Shown here: one piece after another, positions 1 through 9,500 of the stretch | Numbering within the stretch: position 1 is the stretch's first letter | Layout of the letters: every line of letters starts with the position of its first letter | NCBI GenBank assembly: GCA_964619725.1 | Contig: CAZUFC010000058.1 | Coordinates: 1 to 51,213, forward strand | From: an uncultured bacterium | Lineage (GTDB): Bacteria; CSSED10-310; CAZUFC01 | Length of the DNA stretch: 51,213 nucleotides | Reading direction: 5' to 3' | Position numbers and translations under genes: made by a program | Notes under the pieces: generated by a model | Told to the model about the DNA's origin: nothing | What the model saw: only the letters and a program-made list of their open reading frames with translations | Database searches by the model: none

Positions 1-167
1 ATTTAACAGCCCGGTTCCCCAAAGCCCCTGCGCCGACATCAAACGCCATCCTCCGTGAGGAATCAGCCGGAAGCCGGACCAGGGCGCCGGCGAGAAGTTG
101 ATCAGCAGACAGCGGGTGGGGCAGTGAGAACGAAGACCGTTGCGGATGCCGGATGAAGAGCGCTGCC

Positions 168-281
168 GGCGGGAGTTGTCTGTTCCTCCATGAGCATGAT
201 TGTGTTCAGGCACGAGGTTCTCACGGAATTCTCGAGGGAGACTCTTGAGTTCACCGTCCGGGAAAAGATGGGGGAAGAGGT
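168..281 (+). pseudogene. Probable C-terminal remnant of a class II glutamine amidotransferase-like gene that normally precedes gamma-glutamylcyclotransferase in amidoligase cassettes
   Basis: Reads RELSVP[-1 frameshift]MSMIVFRHEVLTEFSRETLEFT. This resembles, from recollection, the C-terminus of GATase genes upstream of GGCT. Position upstream of the GGCT ORF is consistent. Confidence 0.3.
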
Positions 282-727
282 AATTGCGGATTTCGGATTG
301 GGGATTGTGGATTATTTGCGAGATCGTGCGGTTTTTATGGAGGCGAGGACCATTGAAAGGAGCTCAATTGCCTTGTTTTTCAGATCGACCAGACGCCTTT
401 GTTACATCAATCCGGCTTCGACGGTCAGTTCCATCCAGTATATGGATTCAGCGCATTCCTCTTCGATGAGGATCATTTTGGCGACAAAGTCGGCGGGAGA
501 TTTGGCCCGACAGACAGCGCGATAGTTCGCCCCGACAGAGCGAGCAGCCGCATCGGAGCAACTGATTTCCGATCACTTTCGCGGTCTGGTTTTTCGGCAA
601 GGCTTCCACCAACCGGATTACCCTGTTGGCGAAGGCTTTGGTTCTGTTTTTGAATTCATCCGCGCTCGTGGAGGCAGCAGATGATATCTTCATTCAATCC
701 TCATTCCGAAATCCCCAATCCGCAATT
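282..727. mobile_element. Four-helix-bundle cassette bounded by 32-bp imperfect inverted repeats built from ATTNNGG heptamers
   Basis: Left 282-313 is AATTGCGGATTTCGGATTGGGGATTGTGGATT. The reverse complement of right 696-727 is AATTGCGGATTGGGGATTTCGGAATGAGGATT (26/32 identical). The arms enclose exactly one four-helix-bundle gene. Confidence 0.65.
312..693 (-). pseudogene. Four-helix-bundle protein (23S rRNA-IVP / TIGR02436-like), inactivated
   Basis: Translation: DEFKNRTKAFANRVIRLVEALPKNQTAKVIGNQLLRCG /frameshift at ~541-547/ SVGANYRAVCRAKSPADFVAKMILIEEECAESIYWMELTVEAGLM*QRRLVDLKNKAIELLSMVLASIKTARSRK*. Family motifs QLLR..SVGANY and E..ES.YW are present. Premature TAA at 402-404. Confidence 0.85.
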
Positions 728-1313
728 GTTGCGGCTCTTCGTTTACGGAACTCTGAAGCGCGGTTTCTGGAATCATGACCGTTTCTGCCGGGGCGTTCTG
801 GATATCCGGGAAGCCGAGGTTCGCGGCCGTCTTTACGAAATGCACTCGGGTATCCCCGTCCTGCAGGTTCCGGACGGGGATGCCCTCGCCCACGGCACAT
901 CGGACGCTATGGCCGACGTGACCACACAGGCGCGCCTTTCCGAACAATTAGCGTCCTACCCTGAACCGGCCCTGCAAAGCGCGGCAGCAGGCGACTGGGG
1001 CCGCGTGTACGGGGAGCTTCTTACCTTCGACGACCCCGAAAGCCGCCTGCCCGCCATTGACCGTCTGGAGGGTTTCCGCCCGGGCGGATCGAGCCTCAAC
1101 AAACGCGTCCTTGTGCCGGTATGTATTGAGCACGGCATGGCGCTGCCTGTCTGGGCTTATGTAGCCGGTGAGTCGTTTGAAAATTCTTCATTTATTAGAC
1201 TGGAGGAAACAATATGGTGTTATTTTTCGCGGCCAATGGCTGAAAAAATCCATTCCCGTTGCAGGATAACCGGCAGAAGTCCTCCAGTTTTTCAAACGAT
1301 TACCTCTTGTTAA
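681..1313 (+). CDS. Gamma-glutamylcyclotransferase (AIG2-like) family protein
   Basis: LFVYGTLKRG N-terminal motif, V.GEL and IDRLEG motifs, then WAYV. The tail after ~1170 runs into unrelated AT-rich sequence, and the N-terminus is encoded by the heptamer repeat. Confidence 0.85.
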   Translation: MISSFNPHSEIPNPQLLRLFVYGTLKRGFWNHDRFCRGVLDIREAEVRGRLYEMHSGIPVLQVPDGDALAHGTSDAMADVTTQARLSEQLASYPEPALQSAAAGDWGRVYGELLTFDDPESRLPAIDRLEGFRPGGSSLNKRVLVPVCIEHGMALPVWAYVAGESFENSSFIRLEETIWCYFSRPMAEKIHSRCRITGRSPPVFQTITSC

Positions 1314-1711
1314 AATTTGAATTTGATATATAGAACCGAAAAGCGAAACAGAAGAAAATGGTCAACTGAGTCAGCGAAATCAAAAAATCGACTTAATCCG
1401 ATGATCCCGCATTTGAGTTTCATCTATGCTGAGTAATCGAAAGAATCCGGCTGACATTCTTCATCTTTTCGTCTATTTTTTGTAACCGGTAAGATATTCA
1501 AAATACGGGCAAACCGGCGTTAGTTCACCGAAATATGTGCGATTAAAGCCTACAATTATAACTGATTGCTTGCCTACGCTGTAAAAATCCAATAATTTCT
1601 CAGGCGGTCCGAAGCGACCATCTGCCGACATAAATTATACGCGGACGCAAGGAAGCATAATAATCCCAAGCCATGCCTCGTAAGCATAAGGGATGGCATA
1701 AAGCTTAACGG

Positions 1712-1738
1712 AACGCAGCAGGATGCCGCGTCTACTTT
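1712..1738 (-). repeat. REP-like palindrome (GTAG-type)
   Basis: Minus strand AAA-GTAG-ACGCGGC-ATCCT-GCTGCGT-T: a GTAG tetranucleotide followed by a GC-rich 7-bp hairpin, the architecture of RAYT-associated REPs. Confidence 0.55.
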
Positions 1739-1745
1739 CGAAAAA

Positions 1746-1966
1746 CATGGTGAGCTCATGCTCGCCGGACTGACGATCAGCAGGTATTTTTTACTGTGGG
1801 AAAGCCCATGTCCTATGGAGGACGGAAACTGCTCGCCGAGTTTTATACATTCCGTGTCTTTCCAGGGACTGAATCCCAGTTTGATAAGATTATCTTTAAG
1901 AACATCCGCCCATTCATTATCAAAGGAACTGTAACTTATGAAAACGTCATATTCATTTGATTTCAT
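1746..1966 (-). pseudogene. TIR-domain (TIR_2) protein, truncated
   Basis: MKSNEYDVFISYS..D.EWA..L...L...GFSPWKD...I.LGEQF...I..GL..SK..LLIVSPASMSSP is a typical TIR N-terminal half, with GGAG upstream of ATG 1966. Homology stops just before the W-x-x-x-E catalytic helix. The ORF reads on to 1574 through unrelated DNA. Confidence 0.8.
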
Positions 1967-2115
1967 GAAAAGTTCTCCAGGCAAAATTCGGCTTTTCAAT
2001 TATGCTTTATTAGCATGAAAGAAGAGGAATGACAAGCCTGCGGTATGGCGAACTAAAATTCCGATATAAGAAAAATGAAGATTGAGAGTTATGCCGCGAA
2101 TTATACTTTAAAGCC

Positions 2116-2302
2116 TTTAACCCGCATTTCTCATACAAAACCTGTTACGAGCGTCCATATCCCCGCACCTTCAAGCGCTGCTCCCTGCGGCCTTGCTCAA
2201 CGTAGCGCTGCTATGTTTCCGCAGTCCTTCAGTCCGCTACGCTTGAATTTGCGGGAATCTGAACGCTCTCACTACGATTTTGTATGAGAAATCCGGCCTA
2301 AA
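2116..2302. mobile_element. MITE-like non-autonomous element / long hairpin
   Basis: Terminal inverted repeats TTTAACCCGCATTTCTCATACAAAA (2116-2140) and TTTTGTATGAGAAATCCGGCCTAAA (2278-2302), 22/25 match. Inner arms are also complementary (GAGCGT..CCCGCA..TTCAAGCG / CGCTTGAA..TGCGGG..ACGCTC). No transposase inside. Confidence 0.7.
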
Positions 2303-2490
2303 TCCCAAATGCCGGTGCGACGATTGGTATGGGTTCGTCGTCGATGTCTCTTTACGTTTCGTAATTGAAATCGCCGATATCTATGCAGGGCGAATCGGCG
2401 CCAATGTGATAATCTGAGCCGTCTTGAACGAACAATGGGTCATCATCAATATTGCCTTCGCCCTGATAACCGCCCATGACGTCGCAGTTT
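2303..2490 (-). pseudogene. C-terminal fragment of a parallel beta-helix / choice-of-anchor-Q-type secreted protein
   Basis: Minus strand reads NCDVMGGYQGEGNIDDDPLFVQDGSDYHIGADSPCIDIGDFNYET*RDIDDEP, matching the GNI..DPLFV...DYH....SPCID.G motif. It has an internal stop and no 5' part. Confidence 0.7.
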
Positions 2491-2552
2491 CATCCAGGCT
2501 TTAAATTTTTTAACTGCTTAAACAAGAATTGGGGAGGGTTTTGATAGCGGGC

Positions 2553-2611
2553 GAAGGGATGAAGGGACAAAGGGACGAAGGGACCTAAGGGACCTAAGGG
2601 ACAGAAGGGAC
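2553..2611. repeat. Tandem repeat, 7 copies of 8-9 nt unit with core AAGGGA[C/T]
   Basis: gaagggat gaagggac aaagggac gaagggac ctaagggac ctaagggac agaagggac. Confidence 0.9.
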
Positions 2612-2960
2612 TCATGGAATGCAAAAACCGGCATCTGAAATTTAACCGTCTCACAAAAGAAACGGAATTTTGGGATTGATTAATCCGGGGTTACAGTTTT
2701 TTCGAAACGTTCGACTGAATGAGCCGATCAAAAAAATCGGGTAGGGGGTCGATACGCTTATGCTGAAACGAGACGGAGTCTAAGACTCAACATTAGCGGA
2801 TCGGGGGGTTGTTTTTCTTTTTAGTCAAAACCCAAAAATCATTTTTTATGTCCGCTTAAATGATTGGATAATCTTAATAATTGTCGCCTCAAAAAATGCT
2901 TTTTTAATCAATGCCTTCATCTCTTAATCCTGCTTCCTTCTTTTACATTTCTTTTCATAT

Positions 2961-3002
2961 AAAAATCCGGCCGTCTTGCATGCAAGGCGGCCGGATTTTT
3001 TT
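2961..3002. terminator. Bidirectional rho-independent terminator downstream of the giant surface protein gene
   Basis: AAAAATCCGGCCGTCTTGCA-TGCAAGGCGGCCGGATTTTTTT is a near-perfect hairpin with A and T tracts on both sides, 12 nt past the stop at 3015. Confidence 0.9.
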
Positions 3003-3014
3003 ATTCAGTCTGTT

Positions 3015-6000
3015 TTATTCGTTTTCACGCTTTCTCGCCGTGTAGAAACCGATGAGCAGGAAATTGACGATCAGTATTGTCAAGCCTGCGCCGACTGTGC
3101 CTATGGCTGGAATAGGGGCTGTTGTGGGGCTGGCGGTCGGCGTTTTGGTGAAGGCTGTTGTGGGCGATAGAGTGGGAGAGGCTGTAGGCGTTTCTGTCGG
3201 TGAGTTGGTTGATGTTGGTTCTGGAGTGGCGGTGCGGGTTGGAGTTATGGTTGTGGTGGGAGAGAGTGTGTGCGTGGGTGAAATCGTCGGTGTTCTGGTG
3301 ACGGTGGGAGTTTGCGTAATGGTCGGGGTCATGGTTACGGTGGGAGTCATCGTTATGGTGGGACTCATCGTTATCGTCGGCGTCATGGTTATGGTCGGCG
3401 TTTGTGTTATCGTCGGGGTTTGGGTTACTGTGGGCGAAGGCGTTATCGTCGGCGTGGGGGTCACTGTCGGGGTCAGCAGGTAGAAATTCTGATTGGTCAG
3501 TATTTCACTGTCTACGGTCAGACCGGTCAATGTCTGCGGCACGTATCCCGGAGAGCCGGCGGTCACGTCGTAGGTATCGTTGGGTATGCGGTGGATTTCG
3601 TAGTAGCCTGTGTCGTCTGTTCCGTCAGCGTCGCTGTAGCCGTTGGCTGTGGTTACCGTGGCGCCTTCGATCGGGAGCATATCGCCGGCGGCTCGGACGT
3701 ATCCGGTGATGCCGCCGCCAATTGAGAAGCTCCATTCGTAGTCGCGGCAGTCGTAGCAGACTTCGTAATCGTCGCCGTCGTGAATTTCGACTGCGGCCAG
3801 GACGTTTTCGGTTCCGGCCGGTATCTGCCAGTAGAAGGAATACCATTCGTTTTCGCCGGGATAGAGCGTTACTTGGCCGTCTTCTCCTGCCGCGTGACTG
3901 TCGTATTCCGCTGTTCCAGTGTCGCCGTCGGTGTCCAGCTTCAGCGTGCAGGTCAGGTCGTATGTGTTCAGGGGGTGCGGGTTTTCTGGTCTTACCTGTA
4001 TGCGTGCGGTTTCACCGGTGTAGAATACCGACGTTTCATTGCCGTCGACATCGGTTATTTTGACGTCCAGCAGTCTCGGCGGGATGTCGTAGGTGTATCC
4101 GGTGCAGTATTGCGGCAGTTCGGGCGCCAGAGCGTCGGCTTCGGCCTGGCTGCCGGCGCATACGTTGATGGTGGTGGATTCAAGTTGCAGGACAGCCACC
4201 GAGTTGGTGTTGACAACGTAATGGCCGCCGTTGAAGTGTTGCGTGCGGATCGAAAAGGTGTTCGTGGCAGAGCCGCCGGGACTGATGTTAAGGAATGCCG
4301 GATCGAACCCGAAGCCGTATGTGCCGTCGGGCACTATGTCATTTAGTTCTCCTATCAGGTGATTGTTGACGAAAAGGTCTATGTAGTGCGGTCGCACATC
4401 CGGCCGGGGATTGAAAGTGGTGAACATGGCCGCCACAACGACATCCTCCTGACCCAGGCTGACGTCGAAGGTCATGTTGATGTTGGGTCGATTTGTGCAG
4501 AACCAGTTGGACATGGTGTAGCAGACCATGGGTTCCATCACGTTCACTTCATATACCTGGCGAGGCGGCGAACAGTCGAAAGTCACAGGAAGCACGTCTT
4601 CTTCCGTCACCGCTGCCGCAACCAGGTCTCCGCTCAGGGTCGTTTCTCCCAGCTCCCACAGCGGTATGACTTCAAAATCAAGCAGGTTGCCGCTGCTCAA
4701 CCGGTAATGTTCGACTTTAGGCACGAACAATGCCCGGCCGGTCAGGTCGCCTGCTCCGTGAACGTTCAAATCGGTCAACGTATCGCTGTAATTGGTCACC
4801 CGGCATGTCTTAACCTCGGTCACCGGGTCGGAGTCTTCCTCAGTCAGCGTGTAGAATATGTCCGGCCACTGCACGCATATCTCTGCCGGGGCGTTGTCGG
4901 TGATGGGTTCGGGGCCCTCGTCGTCGGCCACCAGCGAAAATGCCAGGTCGTCGAAACAAACCTCAAAAGGTTTTCCGTCTTCAGGCTGGACGTCCTGAGC
5001 ATGCACAGCCAGTTCAATATCGTGAATGTATCCGGGAGGCAGCGTCATGGTTTCGTCCTCGCTTCCCGGACCGACGAAGTTGACGATCAGCTCGTCGTTG
5101 GGATTCTCGATGTGAACCTGCGCAGTGTGGCTGATCACATCCTCATTCTGGATGCTGATCCAGGCCCGCTGGTCGTAATCCCTTTCCACGTCGATGGAGT
5201 ATGAATCTTCGGTGAAGACTACCCCGTTGCCTACAGTGAAGCTCCAGGTATCTGAAACGGTCGTTCCGCACAACGATTCCATGTAGATGTACCATTCATA
5301 AGTCGCGTTCCGGGTGAGGTTCTCCAATTCGATCATATGCGCCGTTGCACCGGTCTCCACAGCCGTTTCCGTCCATTCTGCCGCCCCTGTTTCTCTGCAG
5401 TACAGCCAGGAATCGGCAAAGTCCGACGTATTCCAACTGAAGGTTATATCGTTGCTGCCGCTGGTTATATCCTGGGCCGGATTGCGCTGCGTTATCAACA
5501 CTTCGCCCAGACACTCCAGCGTCGCCTCGTCATCATATGTTTCGAGCAGTTCCTGTGACTCAGCCGTCACCGTAAACGGATACGTTCCCACAGAAGCGCA
5601 TTCGTCGGGTATGACGATCTCAATCACGGCCTGTCCGGACTGTCCCGCAGCCAGGGTCAGGCTCTCCGGAGTCAATGTATACCAGGACTCAGGCAATGAT
5701 CCGGTTATCGTCAGATCGAACGTGTCGATGCCCAGGTTCGCGTTGTCCACTGTAACCGTATAGTCGGTTTCCGTGCCTACGGAAATCTCCCGCAGTTCCG
5801 GTTCGACCGTCAGGGTTATCCTGTCCGCGCAGTATTGAATCGGCGCCGCCCGCTCGGCCTGGTTGTTGGTCTCGTTGTGTTCTATAACTTCGTCCAGAAC
5901 GTCCGCCATAACTATGATATCGGTATCGCATTCAGCAACCCAGTATTCACCCGCGGATACGGAATTGCCCGGGGTCAGGCCGGTAATAAATTGGTCGCTG

Positions 6001-6563
6001 CCGATCTGAACAGGACCGGTACCGTCGTCCGCATAGAAACGAACGTGAAATGAGCCGGCGGCCTCATCGCCGATATTGTGAATCTCGGCGGTCAGCACGG
6101 TAACGTTGCCTTCGGTGGGATACTGCGGATCGAAATGAATGTCGACGGACTGTATGGAGAGATCAGGCGCAGGAGTCGGCGTGTCGGTGGGCAGCGGTGA
6201 AGGCGTCCTGGTCGGAGGCGGCAGCGGCGTGGCGGTATCAGTGGGCGTGCTGGTTATGGTCGGAGTGTTGGTGACCGTCGGAGTATTCGTAATGGTAGGA
6301 GTATTAGTTATCGTAGGCGTGGACGTGGCGGTCGGAGTGGGCGATTCCGTAGGGGTGTCGGTCGGCGTATCGGTCGGCGTGTCCGTCGGAGTACCTGTCG
6401 GCGTCATCGTCGGAGTATCGGTCGGCAGGGGCGTATCCGTGGGAACAGGCGTCGGCGTTTGCGGCGCTGCGGCGGCAGATATTTGCACGCCTTCCATTGA
6501 ATAAGCCGGAAGTATTTTATCCTTGGTGAAAGCCCGGTAGTAATATGTCGTGCCTGTCGTCAA
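3015..6563 (-). CDS. C-terminal part of giant surface protein: end of FN3, Pro/Thr linker, CARDB, Ig-like domains, carboxypeptidase-regulatory-like domain, Pro/Thr stalk, IPTL-CTERM-like anchor
   Basis: PDLSI...IHNIG...D...EV.EHNETNN (CARDB, ~6170-5850); G.ITGYV...PIEGATV...TDDTGYY.I..IP..TYDVTA..PGY (~3720-3480); C-terminus PIPAIGTVG + hydrophobic helix + RKR. No signal peptide of its own. Confidence 0.85.
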   Translation of the reverse strand: MTTGTTYYYRAFTKDKILPAYSMEGVQISAAAAPQTPTPVPTDTPLPTDTPTMTPTGTPTDTPTDTPTDTPTESPTPTATSTPTITNTPTITNTPTVTNTPTITSTPTDTATPLPPPTRTPSPLPTDTPTPAPDLSIQSVDIHFDPQYPTEGNVTVLTAEIHNIGDEAAGSFHVRFYADDGTGPVQIGSDQFITGLTPGNSVSAGEYWVAECDTDIIVMADVLDEVIEHNETNNQAERAAPIQYCADRITLTVEPELREISVGTETDYTVTVDNANLGIDTFDLTITGSLPESWYTLTPESLTLAAGQSGQAVIEIVIPDECASVGTYPFTVTAESQELLETYDDEATLECLGEVLITQRNPAQDITSGSNDITFSWNTSDFADSWLYCRETGAAEWTETAVETGATAHMIELENLTRNATYEWYIYMESLCGTTVSDTWSFTVGNGVVFTEDSYSIDVERDYDQRAWISIQNEDVISHTAQVHIENPNDELIVNFVGPGSEDETMTLPPGYIHDIELAVHAQDVQPEDGKPFEVCFDDLAFSLVADDEGPEPITDNAPAEICVQWPDIFYTLTEEDSDPVTEVKTCRVTNYSDTLTDLNVHGAGDLTGRALFVPKVEHYRLSSGNLLDFEVIPLWELGETTLSGDLVAAAVTEEDVLPVTFDCSPPRQVYEVNVMEPMVCYTMSNWFCTNRPNINMTFDVSLGQEDVVVAAMFTTFNPRPDVRPHYIDLFVNNHLIGELNDIVPDGTYGFGFDPAFLNISPGGSATNTFSIRTQHFNGGHYVVNTNSVAVLQLESTTINVCAGSQAEADALAPELPQYCTGYTYDIPPRLLDVKITDVDGNETSVFYTGETARIQVRPENPHPLNTYDLTCTLKLDTDGDTGTAEYDSHAAGEDGQVTLYPGENEWYSFYWQIPAGTENVLAAVEIHDGDDYEVCYDCRDYEWSFSIGGGITGYVRAAGDMLPIEGATVTTANGYSDADGTDDTGYYEIHRIPNDTYDVTAGSPGYVPQTLTGLTVDSEILTNQNFYLLTPTVTPTPTITPSPTVTQTPTITQTPTITMTPTITMSPTITMTPTVTMTPTITQTPTVTRTPTISPTHTLSPTTTITPTRTATPEPTSTNSPTETPTASPTLSPTTAFTKTPTASPTTAPIPAIGTVGAGLTILIVNFLLIGFYTARKRENE
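3117..3474 (-). repeat. Coding Pro/Thr-rich hexapeptide repeat (TPT[I/V]Tx)n stalk
   Basis: [51 protein letters not shown]...; codons have diverged between units. Confidence 0.9.
6170..6465 (-). repeat. Coding Pro/Thr-rich linker (TPTD / TPTITN units)
   Basis: [69 protein letters not shown]... Confidence 0.9.
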
Positions 6564-9500
6564 GCCGGTATCGGTCCAGGGCGTCGTCGAGTGGTCCGCA
6601 CATCCATGTATACGATTTCGACTCCTTCGGCCACTTCTGTCCCCGGATTCACGTGATAATGCTGCCGATATGTGGGTTCCCAGACAATCGGCGATTCCGA
6701 ACGCACGATCAATACGCCGTCGAAATCAATATCCCCCGGATTGGTCCAGGTCATACTGATGCTGTCGGCCGTGGAACTCACCGCCTGGAATCCTGTGACC
6801 TCATGAGGCGCTGTGATGTCGGACTGGGTGTTGAGGAAATAATATATTCCTCGGTAGCCGCCTGCGACGATGTCCTTCTTGCCGTCCGCATTCCAGTCGG
6901 TGACGTTGCTGCACATATTGTAATCGGTCTCAAGATAACCGTAGCCGGCCTGAAGAAAACCGTCGTCATACAGGCTCGGCGCACCGGGAACGCCCTGGTT
7001 GATGAACGAATGAAGACGATCATAGTAATTATCGGTGTTGACCAAAAGGTCCAGGTCGCCGTCCTCTTCATAGTCCCAGATACGTGAGTGGAAAGACCAT
7101 GATCCGCCGATCGGCGTCTGATATCCGTTATCCCAGTATTTAACTACGGAACCGGAGCTGAATTGAGGATTATCGTCTGTGCCTTCGTTGAGATACAAGT
7201 AGAGATAATCTCCGTTTCCGAAGCCAACATTGGAGGCGACGAGCAGGTCCTTCTTGCCGTCGTCATTCCAATCCACAGTCTCCAGATTCTGGACTCCCTC
7301 CGGACCCAGATCGTTGTAACCTCCTGAAGTGAGTTTAACGGGTTCGGCAAACACAGGGTCATAGTTTTCCGCAGTATTCAAATACAGGTAAATATCACCC
7401 TGGCTATAGTAATCATCCCTGGGAACAAGAAGGTCTTTTTTACCGTCGTTGTTCCAGTCAAGAACTTCCGGCACGGCATAATCGCTGGCGTAACGGTCTC
7501 CGAATACGCCCACACGCACACCGGTATATGTCGTCAGCATACGATGTTTCGTCAATGTCGGCGATTCATTCGTTCCCGTGTTGTAGACGACATAATTGGC
7601 AGCCTGCCAGTCAGCTCTTAAAAGAAGGTCCTGGACGCCGTTTTCATCCCAATCCACCACAGTTACGGCTTTCTGACCACAGCAAAAAGAGGTCGGTTCC
7701 GTGCCCGGAATGTAATGACAATACTCGAATTCAGGAGCGGATTCACTCCCTATATTAGGGAAGTAAGAAGCAGCGCAGCGGTCCCCGGTTTGAACCAGAT
7801 CGAAGATTCCATCACCGTTCATATCGGCGAGCGAGAATACATTATTAGTCAGTTTGATCATGGATGCCTCGCCATAGAGAACCGTTTCGCTGGAGAATGA
7901 GGGATCGGCATCCGTTCCGTCATTGTAGAATACAGAAAGTCTATCCGGGGATTGAGACGATACTATAAGATCCTTCTTGCCGTCTCCGTTCCAATCTCTC
8001 ACCCAGGGTTTCGCCCTGTATCCTACGTCAATATCGCTATATCCGACCTGTATCCACGACCCGGCATCCAATTGGGGATTGCCGTTCGTGCCGTTGTTTA
8101 TGAACAATTTCACTTTACCGCCGTGCTCTCCGCACACCAGATCGTCTTTGCCGTCGTTGTTCCAGTCCACGGCAAAAGGTTTGGCTGCAGAACCGATATC
8201 CAGCGTAGAGTAATTGGAATTCAGAAAAGTTCCAGGGGCAAAGTCCGGGGATGAGTCGCTTCCCTGGTTTTCATAATAGTAGATGCGGCCGGCGCCTTCT
8301 CCTACAAGAAGATCGCGTCGACCGTCCGCGTTCCAATCAAAGTAGATCGGGTGCGCATCATATCCTACATCAATGGGATTATACCCGACGCTGACTTGCG
8401 TACTGTCTGCCAGAGACGGCTGGACGACGGTCCCGACATTCATGGAAATCCTGACCATACCCTGGTTGTCGCCGGTCAACAGGTCCTGTTTGCCGTCATT
8501 GTCCCAGTCAACGGCAAACCCATACACCTCATAGCAGTTATCGCATACCCAGTGAGCCTCACGCTTAATCAGGGCCCTCTCCTCGAATTCCGGCGGTCCG
8601 GGCGACGGATATGTGGGGATGCTCGTGGGCGTGAACGTCGGACTTGGGCCGGGAGTCGGAGTATCCCCGCTGGTCATGGTATCGACTTCGACGCCGTTGA
8701 CCGACCAGGAAGGCAGCACTGCGTCGTAAGCGAACGCCCGGTAATAGTAATGCGATCCCGGAGTGAGTCCCGCGTCGGTCCAGGGATTCGTCGAATGATC
8801 AGCGGCTCCTTTGTAGACTACTTCAACTCCCGGTGCGACCTCGACTCCCGGAGTCACATGATAATGCTGCCGGTCTGACGGACGCCAGTCAATAGTCGAA
8901 TGCGACCGCACAATGATGACTCCAGCGAAATCATTATCCGTCGGATTGTCCCAGGTCAGGCTGACCGTGTAATCGGAACTGCCCGCGACGGTGAAATACT
9001 GCACCTCCCCGGGCGACGTCATGGCGCTCTGGCTGTTGGAATACCAGGACACCACATTATAAGTTCCCAGTAAAATATCCTTTTTGCCGTCTTCATCCCA
9101 GTCCACTATCTCTATAAACGGCGTGTGGTTTTCTTGAACGTATCCGTAAGCAGCTTCCAGAAAGCCGGATTTTACCAGATAAGGAGAGCCTGGGGAGCCG
9201 TTGTTGGTGTATTTCATGAGATAATCATTATTCTCTCGAGTACACATTAATATGTCCGGGTCCCCGTCCTCTTCATAATCCCAGACCTGTATATTGTTTT
9301 CCCAGAGGCCTCGAATCGGATAAACGTATCCGGATTCATGGTATTTTAAAACGGTACCGGTGGTGAAATAAGGAACAGCATCGCTTCCCCGGTTCAGAAA
9401 AACATACTGGTAATCGCCGTAGCCGTGAACTCCGTTAAAGGATACGCCGGAAGAGATCACCAGGTCCTTCTTGCCGTCCGAATCCCAATCGGCTACGGTT

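Noticed and set aside
190..525. 111-aa + strand ORF
   Set aside because: Chimeric read-through: a short GATase-like tail, then the repeat arm and the antisense of the four-helix-bundle pseudogene.
282..727. Diversity-generating retroelement (Avd-like gene) or rRNA intervening sequence
   Set aside because: No reverse transcriptase, no TR/VR pair with adenine-specific mismatches and no rRNA sequence seen in the window.
2075..2287. 70-aa ORF
   Set aside because: Lies across the MITE-like hairpin; no protein features.
2553..2611. CRISPR array
   Set aside because: Units are 8-9 nt with no spacers, and there are no cas genes.
2776..2862. Short palindromes GAGTCTAAGACTC and CATTAGCGGA/TCCGCTTAAATG as IS ends
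   Set aside because: Too short and imperfect to support a call.
3052..3483. Val/Gly-rich + strand ORFs (also 6139-6504) resembling membrane proteins
   Set aside because: Antisense shadows of the Pro/Thr repeats.
6560..6610. Programmed ribosomal frameshift or phase-variable tract
   Set aside because: No slippery heptamer, homopolymer or short tandem repeat at the break; a simple 1-nt deletion explains it.
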